A stretch of DNA of 64,000 bases. Source: Rhodospirillaceae bacterium (lineage in GTDB: Bacteria; Pseudomonadota; Gammaproteobacteria; Steroidobacterales; Rariloculaceae). The translations under genes and the position numbers were made by a program. Within the stretch, counting starts at the first letter, position 1; each line of letters begins with the position of its first letter. The stretch is from the NCBI GenBank assembly GCA_002718345.1, contig PBDA01000016.1:4072-68071 (forward strand), written 5' to 3'. The notes beneath the pieces were generated by a model. That model had not been told where the DNA came from. It did no database searches and was given only the letters and a program-made list of their open reading frames with translations. Shown piece after piece: positions 19,111 through 29,299 of the stretch.

Positions 19111-19694
19111 TAGGTTTTTTGAAAGGAAAGCTTATTTCAAAACATCCTCCAGGAATTGTTATTGATGTGGGAGGTGTTGGTTATGAATTAGAAGCGCCAA
19201 TGTCTACCTTCTATCAGCTGCCAGACACTGGTGAGCAAATTACAATTCTTACTCATTTTTTGGTTAGAGAAGATGCTCAGCTTCTATATGGTTTCTCAAC
19301 TGAGCCTGAACGTGCGCTATTTCGAAATTTACTAAAAGTTTCAGGGGTTGGTGGACGAGTCGCGCTTGGGATACTTTCTGGTATAAGCGTTGAAGGTTTT
19401 CGCCGTTGTGTTTTGGAGCAAGATCTTGTCACACTTACTCGAATTCCGGGTATAGGCCGAAAGACTGGTGAGCGTCTATTGGTGGAAATGAAAGACCGGT
19501 TAGATAAATCTGATATTCAGGGGTTTGAAATATTAGTAGGAGACAAAGGAGCGGAAGGTGAAGCCCAGGGAGCACTTATTGCTTTAGGTTACAAACCTGC
19601 TGAGGTTAGTCGTATGTTGGCAGAGATAGATACAACAGATATGGAACCGGAAGAACTCATACGTGAGGCGCTTAAAAGAGTGCATTCAGGGTAA
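19107..19694 (+). CDS. ruvA: Holliday junction branch migration protein A
   Basis: GVGYE; VREDAQLLYGF; IPGIGRKTGER. Confidence 0.95.
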   Translation: MIGFLKGKLISKHPPGIVIDVGGVGYELEAPMSTFYQLPDTGEQITILTHFLVREDAQLLYGFSTEPERALFRNLLKVSGVGGRVALGILSGISVEGFRRCVLEQDLVTLTRIPGIGRKTGERLLVEMKDRLDKSDIQGFEILVGDKGAEGEAQGALIALGYKPAEVSRMLAEIDTTDMEPEELIREALKRVHSG

Positions 19695-19697
19695 AAA

Positions 19698-20729
19698 ATG
19701 TCTGAGCAGATTTTAACTACAAGCAGCAACCAAGAAGATGAGGTCTTTGATCGTAAGGTTAGACCGCAGACCCTTGATGATAATGAGTATATTGGTCAAG
19801 AAAGCGTCAAGCGACAGATGCGTATTTTTATTGCTGCTGCTCGTAATAGGACCGAAGCACTTGATCACACGCTGATTTTTGGACCACCAGGTCTTGGTAA
19901 AACAACATTGGCCCATATCATAGCTCACGAAATTGGTGTGAATTTAAAGCAAACTTCAGGCCCCGTACTTGAAAGGCCAGGTGATTTAGCAGCACTACTT
20001 ACCAATCTTGAGCCGAGAGATGTTTTGTTTGTTGATGAAATTCATAGGCTAAGCCCAGTTGTAGAAGAGGTGTTGTATCCAGCAATGGAGGATTTCCAGC
20101 TAGATATTATGATAGGTGAGGGTCCTGGAGCTAGGTCTATAAAGTTGGATTTACCTCCTTTTACGTTGGTGGGAGCTACTACTAGAGCAGGGCTATTAAC
20201 TTCGCCTCTAAGAGACCGTTTTGGGATTGTTCAGCGATTGGAGTTCTATGACACGTTAGAGCTTTCAAAAATAGTCAGCAGAACTGCTTCAATTTTTAAA
20301 TTATCGATTAATGAAGAGGGGGCCAAAGAGATTGCGAGACGTTCTCGTGGTACGGCTAGAGTTGCAAACAGATTGCTCCGTCGGGTAAGAGATTATGCGG
20401 AGGTCGAGGCAGATGGATCTGTTAATCTGGAGGTTGCACGTGAAGCAATGAATCTTCTGGAAGTTGATCCGCATGGTCTTGATATGATGGATCGTAAGTT
20501 TATAAGGACAGTAATTGAAAAGTTTGAAGGAGGACCTGTTGGTATTGAAAGCCTAGCAGCTGCAATAGGCGAAGAACGAGGCACTCTTGAGGATGTGGTT
20601 GAGCCTTATCTAATTCAAGAAGGGTTTCTACAAAGAACTTCACGCGGAAGAGTGGCAACTCGTAATGCTTATCAGTATTTTGGTTTTAATATCGAGACTG
20701 CAGGAAAAACCCCAGAACTCTTTGATTGA
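19698..20729 (+). CDS. ruvB: Holliday junction branch migration ATPase
   Basis: [11 protein letters not shown]; FVDEIHRL; GATTRAG. Confidence 0.97.
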   Translation: MSEQILTTSSNQEDEVFDRKVRPQTLDDNEYIGQESVKRQMRIFIAAARNRTEALDHTLIFGPPGLGKTTLAHIIAHEIGVNLKQTSGPVLERPGDLAALLTNLEPRDVLFVDEIHRLSPVVEEVLYPAMEDFQLDIMIGEGPGARSIKLDLPPFTLVGATTRAGLLTSPLRDRFGIVQRLEFYDTLELSKIVSRTASIFKLSINEEGAKEIARRSRGTARVANRLLRRVRDYAEVEADGSVNLEVAREAMNLLEVDPHGLDMMDRKFIRTVIEKFEGGPVGIESLAAAIGEERGTLEDVVEPYLIQEGFLQRTSRGRVATRNAYQYFGFNIETAGKTPELFD

Positions 20730-21169
20730 GTCAAAAAGACATGAGCATGATAAGTTTTGTTTTGCCTGTCAGAGTTTATTTGGAAGATACTGATGCCCAA
20801 GGTCGTGTCTACAATGCAAGTTACATGCGGTTTTTTGAACGCGCAAGAACGGAATGGCTCAGATCGCAGGGATTAGATCATGTCACATTGCAAGAATCAG
20901 AGAGGATTTCTCTAGTATTATCTGATATACGTATCAACTTTTTAGGCCCAGCTTGGCTAGATGATCAATTGCATGTAAGCGCAGAGTTGACCAAGGTTAG
21001 TAGCGTAAGATTCTTTTTCAATCAATCTGTTAGGCGTAAATCTATACATGGGGAGATTGTGTGCCAAGCAATTGCAAAAGTCGCTTGTGTAGATACCTTA
21101 ACAGGAAAACCCAAGCGTTTTTCGTCAGGCCTTTTTAACGATTTGAGAATAGACGAGCGACAAGTATGA
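20726..21169 (+). CDS. ybgC: Tol-Pal-associated acyl-CoA thioesterase
   Basis: [25 protein letters not shown]; synteny. Confidence 0.9.
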   Translation: MSQKDMSMISFVLPVRVYLEDTDAQGRVYNASYMRFFERARTEWLRSQGLDHVTLQESERISLVLSDIRINFLGPAWLDDQLHVSAELTKVSSVRFFFNQSVRRKSIHGEIVCQAIAKVACVDTLTGKPKRFSSGLFNDLRIDERQV

Positions 21170-21864
21170 ATACAGACTTATCACTTCTGACGCTAATAAT
21201 GGATGCAAGCATTGTAGTAAAGCTTGTGATGCTCATTCTTTTGGCTGCTTCAATTGCCTCTTGGGCAGTCATAATAGAAAAAAGAAAACTATTGAAGCAC
21301 GCTACAGAGGCTGCAGATGATTTTGAAGAAGCATTTTGGTCAGGTGGAGACCTTTCCACTATGTATTTAGAGATAACTAATGATGATTCTAATCAGTTAG
21401 GAATGGCAGGTATTTTTGAGTCTGGTTTCAGGGAGTTTGGTCGACTTCAGCAAGAAACCGTGATCAGTTCCGAACAAATAGTTGAAGGTTCGCGGCGTTC
21501 TATGCGAGTTTCGCAACTAAGAGAGGTTGATCGTTTAGAGCATCATTTGGCCTTTCTCGCTACGGTAGGTTCAACAAGTCCCTACATTGGTTTGTTCGGT
21601 ACTGTATGGGGAATTATGAATTCTTTTCAATCATTGGGTAATGTACAAAGTGCTACGCTAGCTCTTGTAGCTCCAGGTATAGCCGAAGCTCTTATTGCTA
21701 CAGCAATGGGTTTATTTGCAGCTATTCCTGCAGTTATCGCATTCAACCGTTATGCGGATGAAGTTGGGCGATTAGAAGTGCGTTACGATACTTTTATGGA
21801 GGAATTCTCAGCGATACTTCAGAGACAAGCTACAAGAAGTAATAAAAAGGACTCAGAGTCATGA
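21166..21864 (+). CDS. tolQ: Tol-Pal protein TolQ
   Basis: SPYIGLFGTVWGIM; APGIAEALIATA. Confidence 0.95.
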   Translation: MNTDLSLLTLIMDASIVVKLVMLILLAASIASWAVIIEKRKLLKHATEAADDFEEAFWSGGDLSTMYLEITNDDSNQLGMAGIFESGFREFGRLQQETVISSEQIVEGSRRSMRVSQLREVDRLEHHLAFLATVGSTSPYIGLFGTVWGIMNSFQSLGNVQSATLALVAPGIAEALIATAMGLFAAIPAVIAFNRYADEVGRLEVRYDTFMEEFSAILQRQATRSNKKDSES

Positions 21865-22307
21865 GTCGAATTAGGCAACGAGGACTTATGGGGGAAATCA
21901 ATGTTGTGCCTTATATTGATGTGATGTTGGTATTGCTTATTATCTTTATGATAACAGCGCCACTATTAACTCAGGGAATTAAGGTAGATTTACCCCAGGC
22001 AGCTTCTGAACCATTACCTCCAGAACTTATGGAGGGGAATGAGCCGTTAGTGTTGAGTATTAATCAGAGCGGGGAATTATTTTTAAATATTGGGGGTGAT
22101 GAGGAGGTTCCAGTTGATGAGCAGACCGTATTGAATAGAACAGCAGCGGTACTGCGAAGAAATTCTCAAACTCCCGTTTTAGTTAAAGCTGATGAAGCAG
22201 TTCCATACGGTAGAGTAGTAACAGGGATGGTCATTCTTCAACAGGCTGGTGCTGAACAGATAGGTTTTATAACTGATCCGTTAGACTTTTCACAGGATGA
22301 ACAATAG
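21861..22307 (+). CDS. tolR: Tol-Pal protein TolR
   Basis: EINVVPYIDVMLVLL. Confidence 0.95.
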   Translation: MSRIRQRGLMGEINVVPYIDVMLVLLIIFMITAPLLTQGIKVDLPQAASEPLPPELMEGNEPLVLSINQSGELFLNIGGDEEVPVDEQTVLNRTAAVLRRNSQTPVLVKADEAVPYGRVVTGMVILQQAGAEQIGFITDPLDFSQDEQ

Positions 22308-22325
22308 AAGTTCTAGGTAAGAGAA

Positions 22326-23186
22326 TTGATGGGCTCTTTCGTTCAAAAGCATAAAATTCCGGTGCTTATTTCTACGTTGTGCCATATAGCATTGGGCGCC
22401 ATTTTAGCTATCGGTTTTGATCCATCGAGTCGTCAACGTGCTGCTATGCCCTCAAATCAAGTGGCTATTGAAGCGACAGTAGTAGATGAAGCATGGGTTC
22501 AACAAGAACTTGAGCGTCTGGAGCAACTTGAACAAGCCGAGTTATTAAGACAACAAAATGAGGAACGTCAGGCCCGAGAACAAGCAGAGCAGGCACGCCG
22601 GGAACGAGAAAATGAAGAACGTCGTCTAGAAGCAGCACGCGAAGAAGCAGCTGAGGCTGCCAGGCAAGAAGAACTACGTCTTACTAATTTGCGTCGACAG
22701 AGAGAGGAAGAGGAAGAACGATTACGGCAACAAGAAGAGGCAGAAGCTCGTCGGGAGGCCGAACGAATTGCTGAGTTAGAGCGCCAGAGGGCAGAAGAAG
22801 AGCAACGTCGACGTCAGGAGGCCGCAGCTGCGGCACAACGAGCAGAAATGGAAGCAGAACTTCAAAGAGCTCTTGCTGTCGAAGATGAACGACGTCGGGC
22901 ACAAGAAGCAGGCTTATTAGATGAGTATATTCTTTTAATTGAAAATCGTATTCAGCAAAATTGGATTCCTCCAGCTACGGCGATAGCTGGTTTGGAATGT
23001 ATTGTTAATGTTACCCAGATTCCTAGTGGAGATGTTATCGATGTTCAGGTGGGTCGCTGTACAGGTGATGCTGCTGTAGTGAGGTCAATAGAGGCTGCTG
23101 TCCTACGTTCATCACCCCTACCAAGGCCACCAATACCATCTTTATTCGAAAGAAATCTTGAAGTGGTATTTAATCCAAGCATGTAG
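22326..23186 (+). CDS. tolA: Tol-Pal protein TolA
   Basis: TM with S...H; E/R/Q/A-rich helix; C-terminal TolA domain; synteny. Confidence 0.9.
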   Translation: MMGSFVQKHKIPVLISTLCHIALGAILAIGFDPSSRQRAAMPSNQVAIEATVVDEAWVQQELERLEQLEQAELLRQQNEERQAREQAEQARRERENEERRLEAAREEAAEAARQEELRLTNLRRQREEEEERLRQQEEAEARREAERIAELERQRAEEEQRRRQEAAAAAQRAEMEAELQRALAVEDERRRAQEAGLLDEYILLIENRIQQNWIPPATAIAGLECIVNVTQIPSGDVIDVQVGRCTGDAAVVRSIEAAVLRSSPLPRPPIPSLFERNLEVVFNPSM

Positions 23187-24534
23187 TAAAGGCATACTAG
23201 TACTTGTGAGGATAAGATTTTTAAAACCAAAGATAACAGCAACAGCATTAGTGTGTTTGCTTAGTGCGTTAGTTGTTTCTAAATCTTTTGGTCAGTTAAG
23301 GGTTGAAATACGGCGTGGTGTGGAACGACCAGTGCCAATGGCCATAGTGCCCTTTTCTTGGGATGGTTTTGGTTCCGTGTCACCTTTTGATGTTTCCGGG
23401 TTGGTTACGGCTGACTTGGTTTCAAGTGGACGTTTTGTTCCAATGGAAGTGCGGGACATGGTTTCTCTGCCTTCTCTACCAGAAGATGTTCGTTTTCAGG
23501 ACTGGCGTATTTCTGAGGTAGATTACTTAGTTATAGGTCGTGTTATTGAAGATTCTTTTGATGCATATACGATTGTTTTTCAGCTCTATGATGTTTTGCG
23601 GGGCGAGCCCATTGTTGGGTATCGTTTAACAGCATCTGGTGCTGAGTTGCGAACTGCTAGTCACCGTATATCAGACATGATTTATGAGGAATTGACGGGG
23701 CTTCAGGGAGTGTTTGGTACGCAAATAGCATATGTTAGTGAACAGCAGGAAGGTGGAGAGGCTAGGTTTCGATTAATTGTTTCTGATGCTGATGGAGCTA
23801 ACCCTATTGTTGTTGCAGATTCTCCTGATCCTTTGATGTCACCAGCGTGGTCTCCTGATGGAAGGAGAATTGCTTATGTTTCCTTTGAAGGATCTCAATC
23901 TTCTGTCTATATTCAAACTTTGAGAACTGGGGTAAGGGAAAGAGTATCAGCGAGGGCTGGAATTAATGGAGCACCGGTATTTTCTCCTGATGGGAGGTAC
24001 TTAGCGCTCACGTTATCACGGGATGAAGGCAACTCTGATATATACATGTTAGAAATTGCGACGCAGGCATTGACAAGATTAACCCAACATTCTGCAATTG
24101 ATACAGAAGCAGTGTGGGCTCCTGATGGCCAGAGTATTTATTTTACATCGGGTCGCGCAGGCGGACCTCAAATCTATCAAGTTGCTGCTAGAGCTGGAGC
24201 AAGAGCGCAAAGAGTTACATTTGAAGGTAGTTATAACGCACGTCCTCGAATTTCGCCAGGTGGAGATAGATTAGCTGTTGTTCATGAAGATAGAGGAAAC
24301 TATCGCATTGCACTTGTTGATCCAGAGACTGGTTTAACGCAGGTTTTGAGTAGTGGACGTCAAGATGAGTCCCCAAGTTTTGCACCCAATGGAGCCTTAA
24401 TTATTTATGCTTCTCAGGAAGGTGGACGCGGGGTATTGGCTTCTGTGAGTACAGATGGGAGAATTCATCAGCAGATTGTTTCTGTTGCAGGTCAGGTAAG
24501 AGAGCCGGCTTGGTCTCCCTTTCCAAGAATTTAA
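23158..24534 (+). CDS. tolB: Tol-Pal beta-propeller TolB (true start probably downstream of 23186)
   Basis: PAWSPDG/PD40 repeats; synteny. Confidence 0.93.
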   Translation: MKWYLIQACSKGILVLVRIRFLKPKITATALVCLLSALVVSKSFGQLRVEIRRGVERPVPMAIVPFSWDGFGSVSPFDVSGLVTADLVSSGRFVPMEVRDMVSLPSLPEDVRFQDWRISEVDYLVIGRVIEDSFDAYTIVFQLYDVLRGEPIVGYRLTASGAELRTASHRISDMIYEELTGLQGVFGTQIAYVSEQQEGGEARFRLIVSDADGANPIVVADSPDPLMSPAWSPDGRRIAYVSFEGSQSSVYIQTLRTGVRERVSARAGINGAPVFSPDGRYLALTLSRDEGNSDIYMLEIATQALTRLTQHSAIDTEAVWAPDGQSIYFTSGRAGGPQIYQVAARAGARAQRVTFEGSYNARPRISPGGDRLAVVHEDRGNYRIALVDPETGLTQVLSSGRQDESPSFAPNGALIIYASQEGGRGVLASVSTDGRIHQQIVSVAGQVREPAWSPFPRI

Positions 24535-24603
24535 CTTAGTGTGAATTAGGTTTATATTGTTTTTTGGTTTTATTGATTTGGTTTATAGGACGAGGATTTA
24601 GCA

Positions 24604-25140
24604 ATGACCCGAACATTTGCAGTGATTGCAATATTAGTACTAGCAGGTTGCGGTGGCGACAATGCCACACTTCCAGATTCCGAAACAGGATCTCAGGCAG
24701 GTGCGGCTTCAAATACAAGTGGTTCTTCTACAGGGGCGACAACCACAGGTACAGGCGCAATGGGTGGCCCTAATGTTGTTAGAGAGATGCCAGGAGAAGG
24801 AACTGGGCCTTTATCCAGGCTTGTGATTTATTTCGACTATGATCGGAGTGAAATTCGTTCAGATTTTAATAGTATGTTGGCGGCACATGGCGAGTATTTG
24901 GCGACTAATAACGGCGCTCAAGTTAGGCTAGAAGGACATGCGGATGAGCGTGGTAGCCGCGAGTACAATATAGGTCTTGGTGAACAGCGCGCTCAGGCAG
25001 TTCGTCGGATATTACTCCTTCAAGGCGCCACGGCAAGTCAGCTAGGTACTGTTAGTTATGGCGAGGAACGTCCTGCTATGAGTGGAAGTAATGATGAAGC
25101 ATATAGTTTGAATAGGCGTGTTGAACTGGTCTATCAATAG
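24604..25140 (+). CDS. pal: Peptidoglycan-associated lipoprotein
   Basis: Lipobox LAGC; EGHADERGSREYNIGLG; NRRVE. Confidence 0.95.
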   Translation: MTRTFAVIAILVLAGCGGDNATLPDSETGSQAGAASNTSGSSTGATTTGTGAMGGPNVVREMPGEGTGPLSRLVIYFDYDRSEIRSDFNSMLAAHGEYLATNNGAQVRLEGHADERGSREYNIGLGEQRAQAVRRILLLQGATASQLGTVSYGEERPAMSGSNDEAYSLNRRVELVYQ

Positions 25141-25960
25141 CTACATGTTTTTTAATTTTAAAAGTTGTCATCTGAAATTAGCAATAAAATCGGTGTTGCT
25201 AATGTTAAATGCTATGCTGATTGCATGCACAACAGCTCCTAGTACCCAGAATCCTATCTATCTGAAAATGACTGATATGGAGGCAAGGCTTATACGTATG
25301 GAGCGTGTAATTGACAATCAAAGTCTAATTGCACTCGCTGCAAGCGTAGACCAGCTTCGTACTGAGACACAGGCATTGCGTGGAGATGTCGAGACCCTAG
25401 CATTTCAAAGCGAGGGCGCAGCTGGCCGTCAACGAGAGTTATATGTCGATATTGATACTCGTCTGCGGGCTCTAGAAGATGCTCAAAGTCAGATCCTAAG
25501 TTTGCAATCAACTATCAGTGAACTTGATCTTTCGACATCTCAGGCTGTGACTGCATCTAGCAGTACTTCAATGGAAAGTGAGCAGGATTCTTACCAGAGA
25601 GCATTTAATTTGTTAAGAGATGGCAGTTACGCTGAATCTGCAGCAGCTTTCGATGAATTTCTTGCTAGATTTTCTGAGAGTTCCTTAGCGGGTAATGCTC
25701 AATATTGGTTAGCTGAAACTTACTATGTTCAGCGCCAATTTGATGCTGCCTTACCTGTTTTCCAAGGTGTTGTCGATCGATATCCCGGGTCAGCAAAGCT
25801 GCCTGATGCTATGTTAAAAATTGGCTATTGCAATTATGAGCTTCAACAGTTTGGTGTGGCAGAGAACGTCTTGCAGCGTGTTGCCCGAGAATTTCCCGCT
25901 ACAACTGCAGCACGTTTGGCTACACAGAGACTTGAAACAATGATCCAGGAGCAGGGTTGA
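25118..25960 (+). CDS. cpoB: Tol-Pal protein YbgF/CpoB (start uncertain)
   Basis: Coiled coil plus TPR (NAQYWLAE, PDAMLKIG); synteny. Confidence 0.9.
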   Translation: MLNWSINSYMFFNFKSCHLKLAIKSVLLMLNAMLIACTTAPSTQNPIYLKMTDMEARLIRMERVIDNQSLIALAASVDQLRTETQALRGDVETLAFQSEGAAGRQRELYVDIDTRLRALEDAQSQILSLQSTISELDLSTSQAVTASSSTSMESEQDSYQRAFNLLRDGSYAESAAAFDEFLARFSESSLAGNAQYWLAETYYVQRQFDAALPVFQGVVDRYPGSAKLPDAMLKIGYCNYELQQFGVAENVLQRVAREFPATTAARLATQRLETMIQEQG

Positions 25961-26006
25961 GGAGCTTAGCTGCCAATTCTAGTTTTGACTGGCCGAAAGA
26001 TATGAA

Positions 26007-26690
26007 GTGAGCCTTGTGTCTAGGGCGATTGTACTTTTGTCAGGCGGTTTAGATTCGGCCACGCTACTTGCCATTGCAAAGAAGCAAAATTTTTCTTGTT
26101 ATACCCTTAGTTTTGATTATGGGCAAATACATAGATCAGAATTAACTGCTGCTGCCAAAATAGCGAAACAACTAAATGTTGAAGAACATAAGGTGATGAA
26201 GGTTCCTATCGGAACGCTCGGTGGCTCAGCGCTTACTGATACGGATATCCCTATTCCTAATGAATCTGTTGCGGGAATTCCCGTTACCTATGTGCCTGCA
26301 AGAAACACGATATTTTTATCTCTTGCTTTGGCCTGGGCTGAAGTTTTGGATGCTAAAGCCATATTTATTGGAGTTAATGCAATCGATTACTCAGGGTATC
26401 CAGACTGTCGTCCAGAATTTGTATCTGCATTTCAATTGCTAGTAAATATCGCTACAAAACAAGGGCTAGAGGGAGATTTTATTGAAATAAAGACCCCGCT
26501 AATAGATATGACGAAGGCAGAAATTATTTCTAAAGGCGTAAATCTGGGATTAGACTATTCAATTACTGTATCGTGTTATAAAGCTGATACTCTGGGTCGC
26601 GCATGTGGCGGGTGTGATGCATGTAGATTCAGAAAGGAAGGATTTAAAGCTGCCGGATTAGTAGATCCTACGCAATATCAACCAGTATAG
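26007..26690 (+). CDS. queC: 7-cyano-7-deazaguanine synthase
   Basis: SGGLDS; YVPARN; GYPDCR; CG.CDACRFR. Confidence 0.95.
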   Translation: MSLVSRAIVLLSGGLDSATLLAIAKKQNFSCYTLSFDYGQIHRSELTAAAKIAKQLNVEEHKVMKVPIGTLGGSALTDTDIPIPNESVAGIPVTYVPARNTIFLSLALAWAEVLDAKAIFIGVNAIDYSGYPDCRPEFVSAFQLLVNIATKQGLEGDFIEIKTPLIDMTKAEIISKGVNLGLDYSITVSCYKADTLGRACGGCDACRFRKEGFKAAGLVDPTQYQPV

Positions 26691-26704
26691 AAATTAAAAG
26701 AGGT

Positions 26705-26732
26705 TTGTCCAACTGTGGACATCCGGTATTAT
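26705..26732 (+). promoter_or_regulatory. Possible sigma70 promoter for tRNA-Lys
   Basis: TTGTCC-16 bp-TATTAT followed by GC-rich CCTGCCG. Confidence 0.3.
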
Positions 26733-26789
26733 CCTGCCGATAAATTCATGGTCACAAAACTAGTGCCAATATTTTTAAACGATTGCAAC

Positions 26790-26865
26790 GGGGGTATAGC
26801 TCAGTTGGCAGAGCATCGGCCTTTTAAGCCGCTGGTCCCAGGTTCGAGTCCTGGTGCCCCCACCA
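26790..26865 (+). tRNA. tRNA-Lys (anticodon TTT)
   Basis: 76 nt cloverleaf: GGGGGTA/TGCCCCC acceptor, CTTTTAA loop, TTCGAGT T-loop, encoded CCA. Confidence 0.95.
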
Positions 26866-26870
26866 TCCTT

Positions 26871-26894
26871 GATCCCTAGTTTTTCTAGAGGATC
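26871..26894 (+). terminator. Hairpin after tRNA-Lys
   Basis: GATCC-CTAG TTTTT CTAG-A-GGATC imperfect stem; no clear U-tract. Confidence 0.35.
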
Positions 26895-26944
26895 TGGCTC
26901 AATATATTCATAGAGTATGCTGCACTGACTTAGAGAGATAAATA

Positions 26945-27652
26945 ATGAAACTTATAGCTTCGAAATTTTTGGTTAAAGGGTTGTTTGCTGTAGCTGTTAC
27001 GTTCGTGGGTTCATCACTTGTTTTAGGTGAAACGATAGCGGTAATAGGAACGGGTAATGTAGGTGGTGCGTTGGGTCCTCGATTTGCAACGCTTGGCCAC
27101 AACATAATATATGGTTCACGTGAACCAGATCGTCAGGATGTTCAGGCGCTTGTTACAAAGACAGGACATAACGCAACGGCAATGCTTCCAGCTGCTGCAG
27201 CTGCGGAAGCCGATATTGTTGTCATGGCCACGAAGTGGGCCCAGGCGGAAGTAGCTCTTAAAAGCCTCGGTGATTTAGCCGGTAAAATTATTCTTGATCC
27301 TAATAATGCAGTACGCGTTGATAGTTCCGGTAAGCGTCATCATGACGTTGAAACCTCGGCTGGACAAATGATACAGAATTGGGTGCCGAACGCGATGGTG
27401 GTTAAAGCATTCAATACTCTTGCAGCAGGTACCATGGCTAATCCAGCTAGCGCTGGCGGTCCAGTAACAATCCCAATTGCAGGGAATAATCCAGATGCTA
27501 AGGCAACTATATCAAGTTTAATAACTGGTATAGGCTTTGAGGTTGTTGATATGGGAAATATTTCTGCATCACAAGTTCTTGAGAAAATGCTTGTTGAGCG
27601 TGGTAACGCAAACATAACTTTTAATTACTACTTCCGTCCTGTTCCTCAATAG
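26945..27652 (+). CDS. NADP oxidoreductase (F420-dependent-like family) with N-terminal signal-like peptide
   Basis: GTGNVG; GSR; LAGKIILDPNN; VVKAFNT. Confidence 0.8.
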   Translation: MKLIASKFLVKGLFAVAVTFVGSSLVLGETIAVIGTGNVGGALGPRFATLGHNIIYGSREPDRQDVQALVTKTGHNATAMLPAAAAAEADIVVMATKWAQAEVALKSLGDLAGKIILDPNNAVRVDSSGKRHHDVETSAGQMIQNWVPNAMVVKAFNTLAAGTMANPASAGGPVTIPIAGNNPDAKATISSLITGIGFEVVDMGNISASQVLEKMLVERGNANITFNYYFRPVPQ

Positions 27653-27702
27653 TACGAGTAGGTTAGTAACACTATATAAATTTTGCTAATGGAGAGAGCT
27701 TT

Positions 27703-28833
27703 ATGAAAGTTTCTGGTCATCCTTTGAATCGAAGAAGATTTTTGCAAACCATGGGTATGGCTGCAGGGACTTTAACACTTCAACCTATAGCCTGGGCGCA
27801 GGGACGTAAGGAAGTATTTATAGCGGGTAAGCGTATTAAGACGGTTGATATACATGCCCATGCCTCGATAAAGGATGTAGAGGAAGTTATCAATGGAACA
27901 GCTCTAGAGAGAAATATTGGAGGTCCAAGACTGCTTGACCCATCTCGCCTAGTCATGATGAATGAATGGGGAATAGATGTTGCTGTTATAAGTGCAAATC
28001 AGTATTGGTGGTACCGTACCGATGACCGATCACTAGCAAGTGACATTATTCGCGTACAGGATGAAGGTTTTCAAGCTTGGTGCAGTGAATACCCTGATCG
28101 ATTTGTTGCGCTTACATCCCCAACTATTCAATTTCCAGACCTAGCTGCTGAGCAGTTAGATTATGCGGTTAATGAGCTTGGTTTTAGAGGCGCCTCTATG
28201 GCTGGCCACGTTAATGGTGTGGTGCCGGCAGGCCCTGAATATGATGAGTTCTGGGCAAAAGCAGAAGAGCTGGACGTTCCTATTTTTGTTCACCCTGCTG
28301 GTTCAGATAACATAATCGAGGAGGGGGCACTGGACTATCCCGGGGACCTTGGAAATATTATAGGTAACCCATTGGAGACGACCTTCTTTTTATCAAGGCT
28401 GATACTTGACGGGACCTTTGACCGTTTCCCTGGTTTGAAAATCTGTGGAGCTCATGGCGGAGGATATTTGCCATCCTATTTTGGTCGCACGGACGTAGCT
28501 TGTGATGCTGCTGGTGGCCCATCAATTAATTCCGATGGTGAGTTTATTGGTAATGCTCCTATACAAGCTGACAATTGTCGTAACCAAAAACCACCCAGAG
28601 AGTACTTAAGAACGCAGATTTTTGCGGATTCAATGGTGTTCTCTGATGAGGGGCTTCGCCATCTTGTTGCTGAAATGGGTCCAAGTCAGGTTGTGTATGG
28701 AACTGATATGCCATTAGGTTGGCCTGACACAATGGATTTGATTATTAATTCTTCCTATCTTAATAATTCTGAAAAGGAGGCAATTCTTGGAGGGAACCTT
28801 ATAAGGATGTTGAAGATAGATAGGGCTATTTAA
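27703..28833 (+). CDS. Tat-exported amidohydrolase_2 family protein
   Basis: RRRFL Tat motif; DIHAH; FVHP; AHGGGYLP; YGTDMP. Confidence 0.85.
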   Translation: MKVSGHPLNRRRFLQTMGMAAGTLTLQPIAWAQGRKEVFIAGKRIKTVDIHAHASIKDVEEVINGTALERNIGGPRLLDPSRLVMMNEWGIDVAVISANQYWWYRTDDRSLASDIIRVQDEGFQAWCSEYPDRFVALTSPTIQFPDLAAEQLDYAVNELGFRGASMAGHVNGVVPAGPEYDEFWAKAEELDVPIFVHPAGSDNIIEEGALDYPGDLGNIIGNPLETTFFLSRLILDGTFDRFPGLKICGAHGGGYLPSYFGRTDVACDAAGGPSINSDGEFIGNAPIQADNCRNQKPPREYLRTQIFADSMVFSDEGLRHLVAEMGPSQVVYGTDMPLGWPDTMDLIINSSYLNNSEKEAILGGNLIRMLKIDRAI

Positions 28834-28881
28834 CTTTGCAAACCTATCAGGTGTTTAGCCTAGAGTTGTAATTGTTAATAT

Positions 28882-29274
28882 TTGGTTTGCGAAGGAATAA
28901 AAATGTTTAATCACGTTATGGTTGGTGCTGACGATATAGAAGCATCTAAAAAGTTCTACGATGCAGCATTAGGTGCGCTTGGATATCCTCCTGGGCATGT
29001 AGATAAAAAGGGAAGAGTTTGGTGGCGTACGGAAACAGGAGTTTTTGGTATAACAAAACCTATCGATGGTGAGCCAGCCTCTCACGGAAATGGTAGCACT
29101 ATAGCTTTCTTAGTTAATACCACTGAACTAGGAGATAACTGGCATGCAGCCGGTATAGCTAATGGAGGTTCATCTTGTGAGGATCCTCCCGGTATTAGAG
29201 AGAATGGCTATTATCTTGCTTATCTGCGTGATCCTTCCGGGAATAAAGTTTGTGCATTAAAAAAGCCTGATTGA
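28882..29274 (+). CDS. VOC/glyoxalase family protein (probable start ATG 28903)
   Basis: MFNHVMVG; FYDAAL; YLAYLRDPSGNK. Confidence 0.88.
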   Translation: MVCEGIKMFNHVMVGADDIEASKKFYDAALGALGYPPGHVDKKGRVWWRTETGVFGITKPIDGEPASHGNGSTIAFLVNTTELGDNWHAAGIANGGSSCEDPPGIRENGYYLAYLRDPSGNKVCALKKPD

Positions 29275-29299
29275 AACTACATTTGAGGGGAGAGGTGAT

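Noticed and set aside
22480-22920. Repetitive GAA/GCA/CGT-rich DNA
   Set aside because: Explained by the low-complexity E/R/Q/A helix of TolA
26840-26865. tRNA 3' end as an att site
   Set aside because: No second copy and no integrase seen in the window
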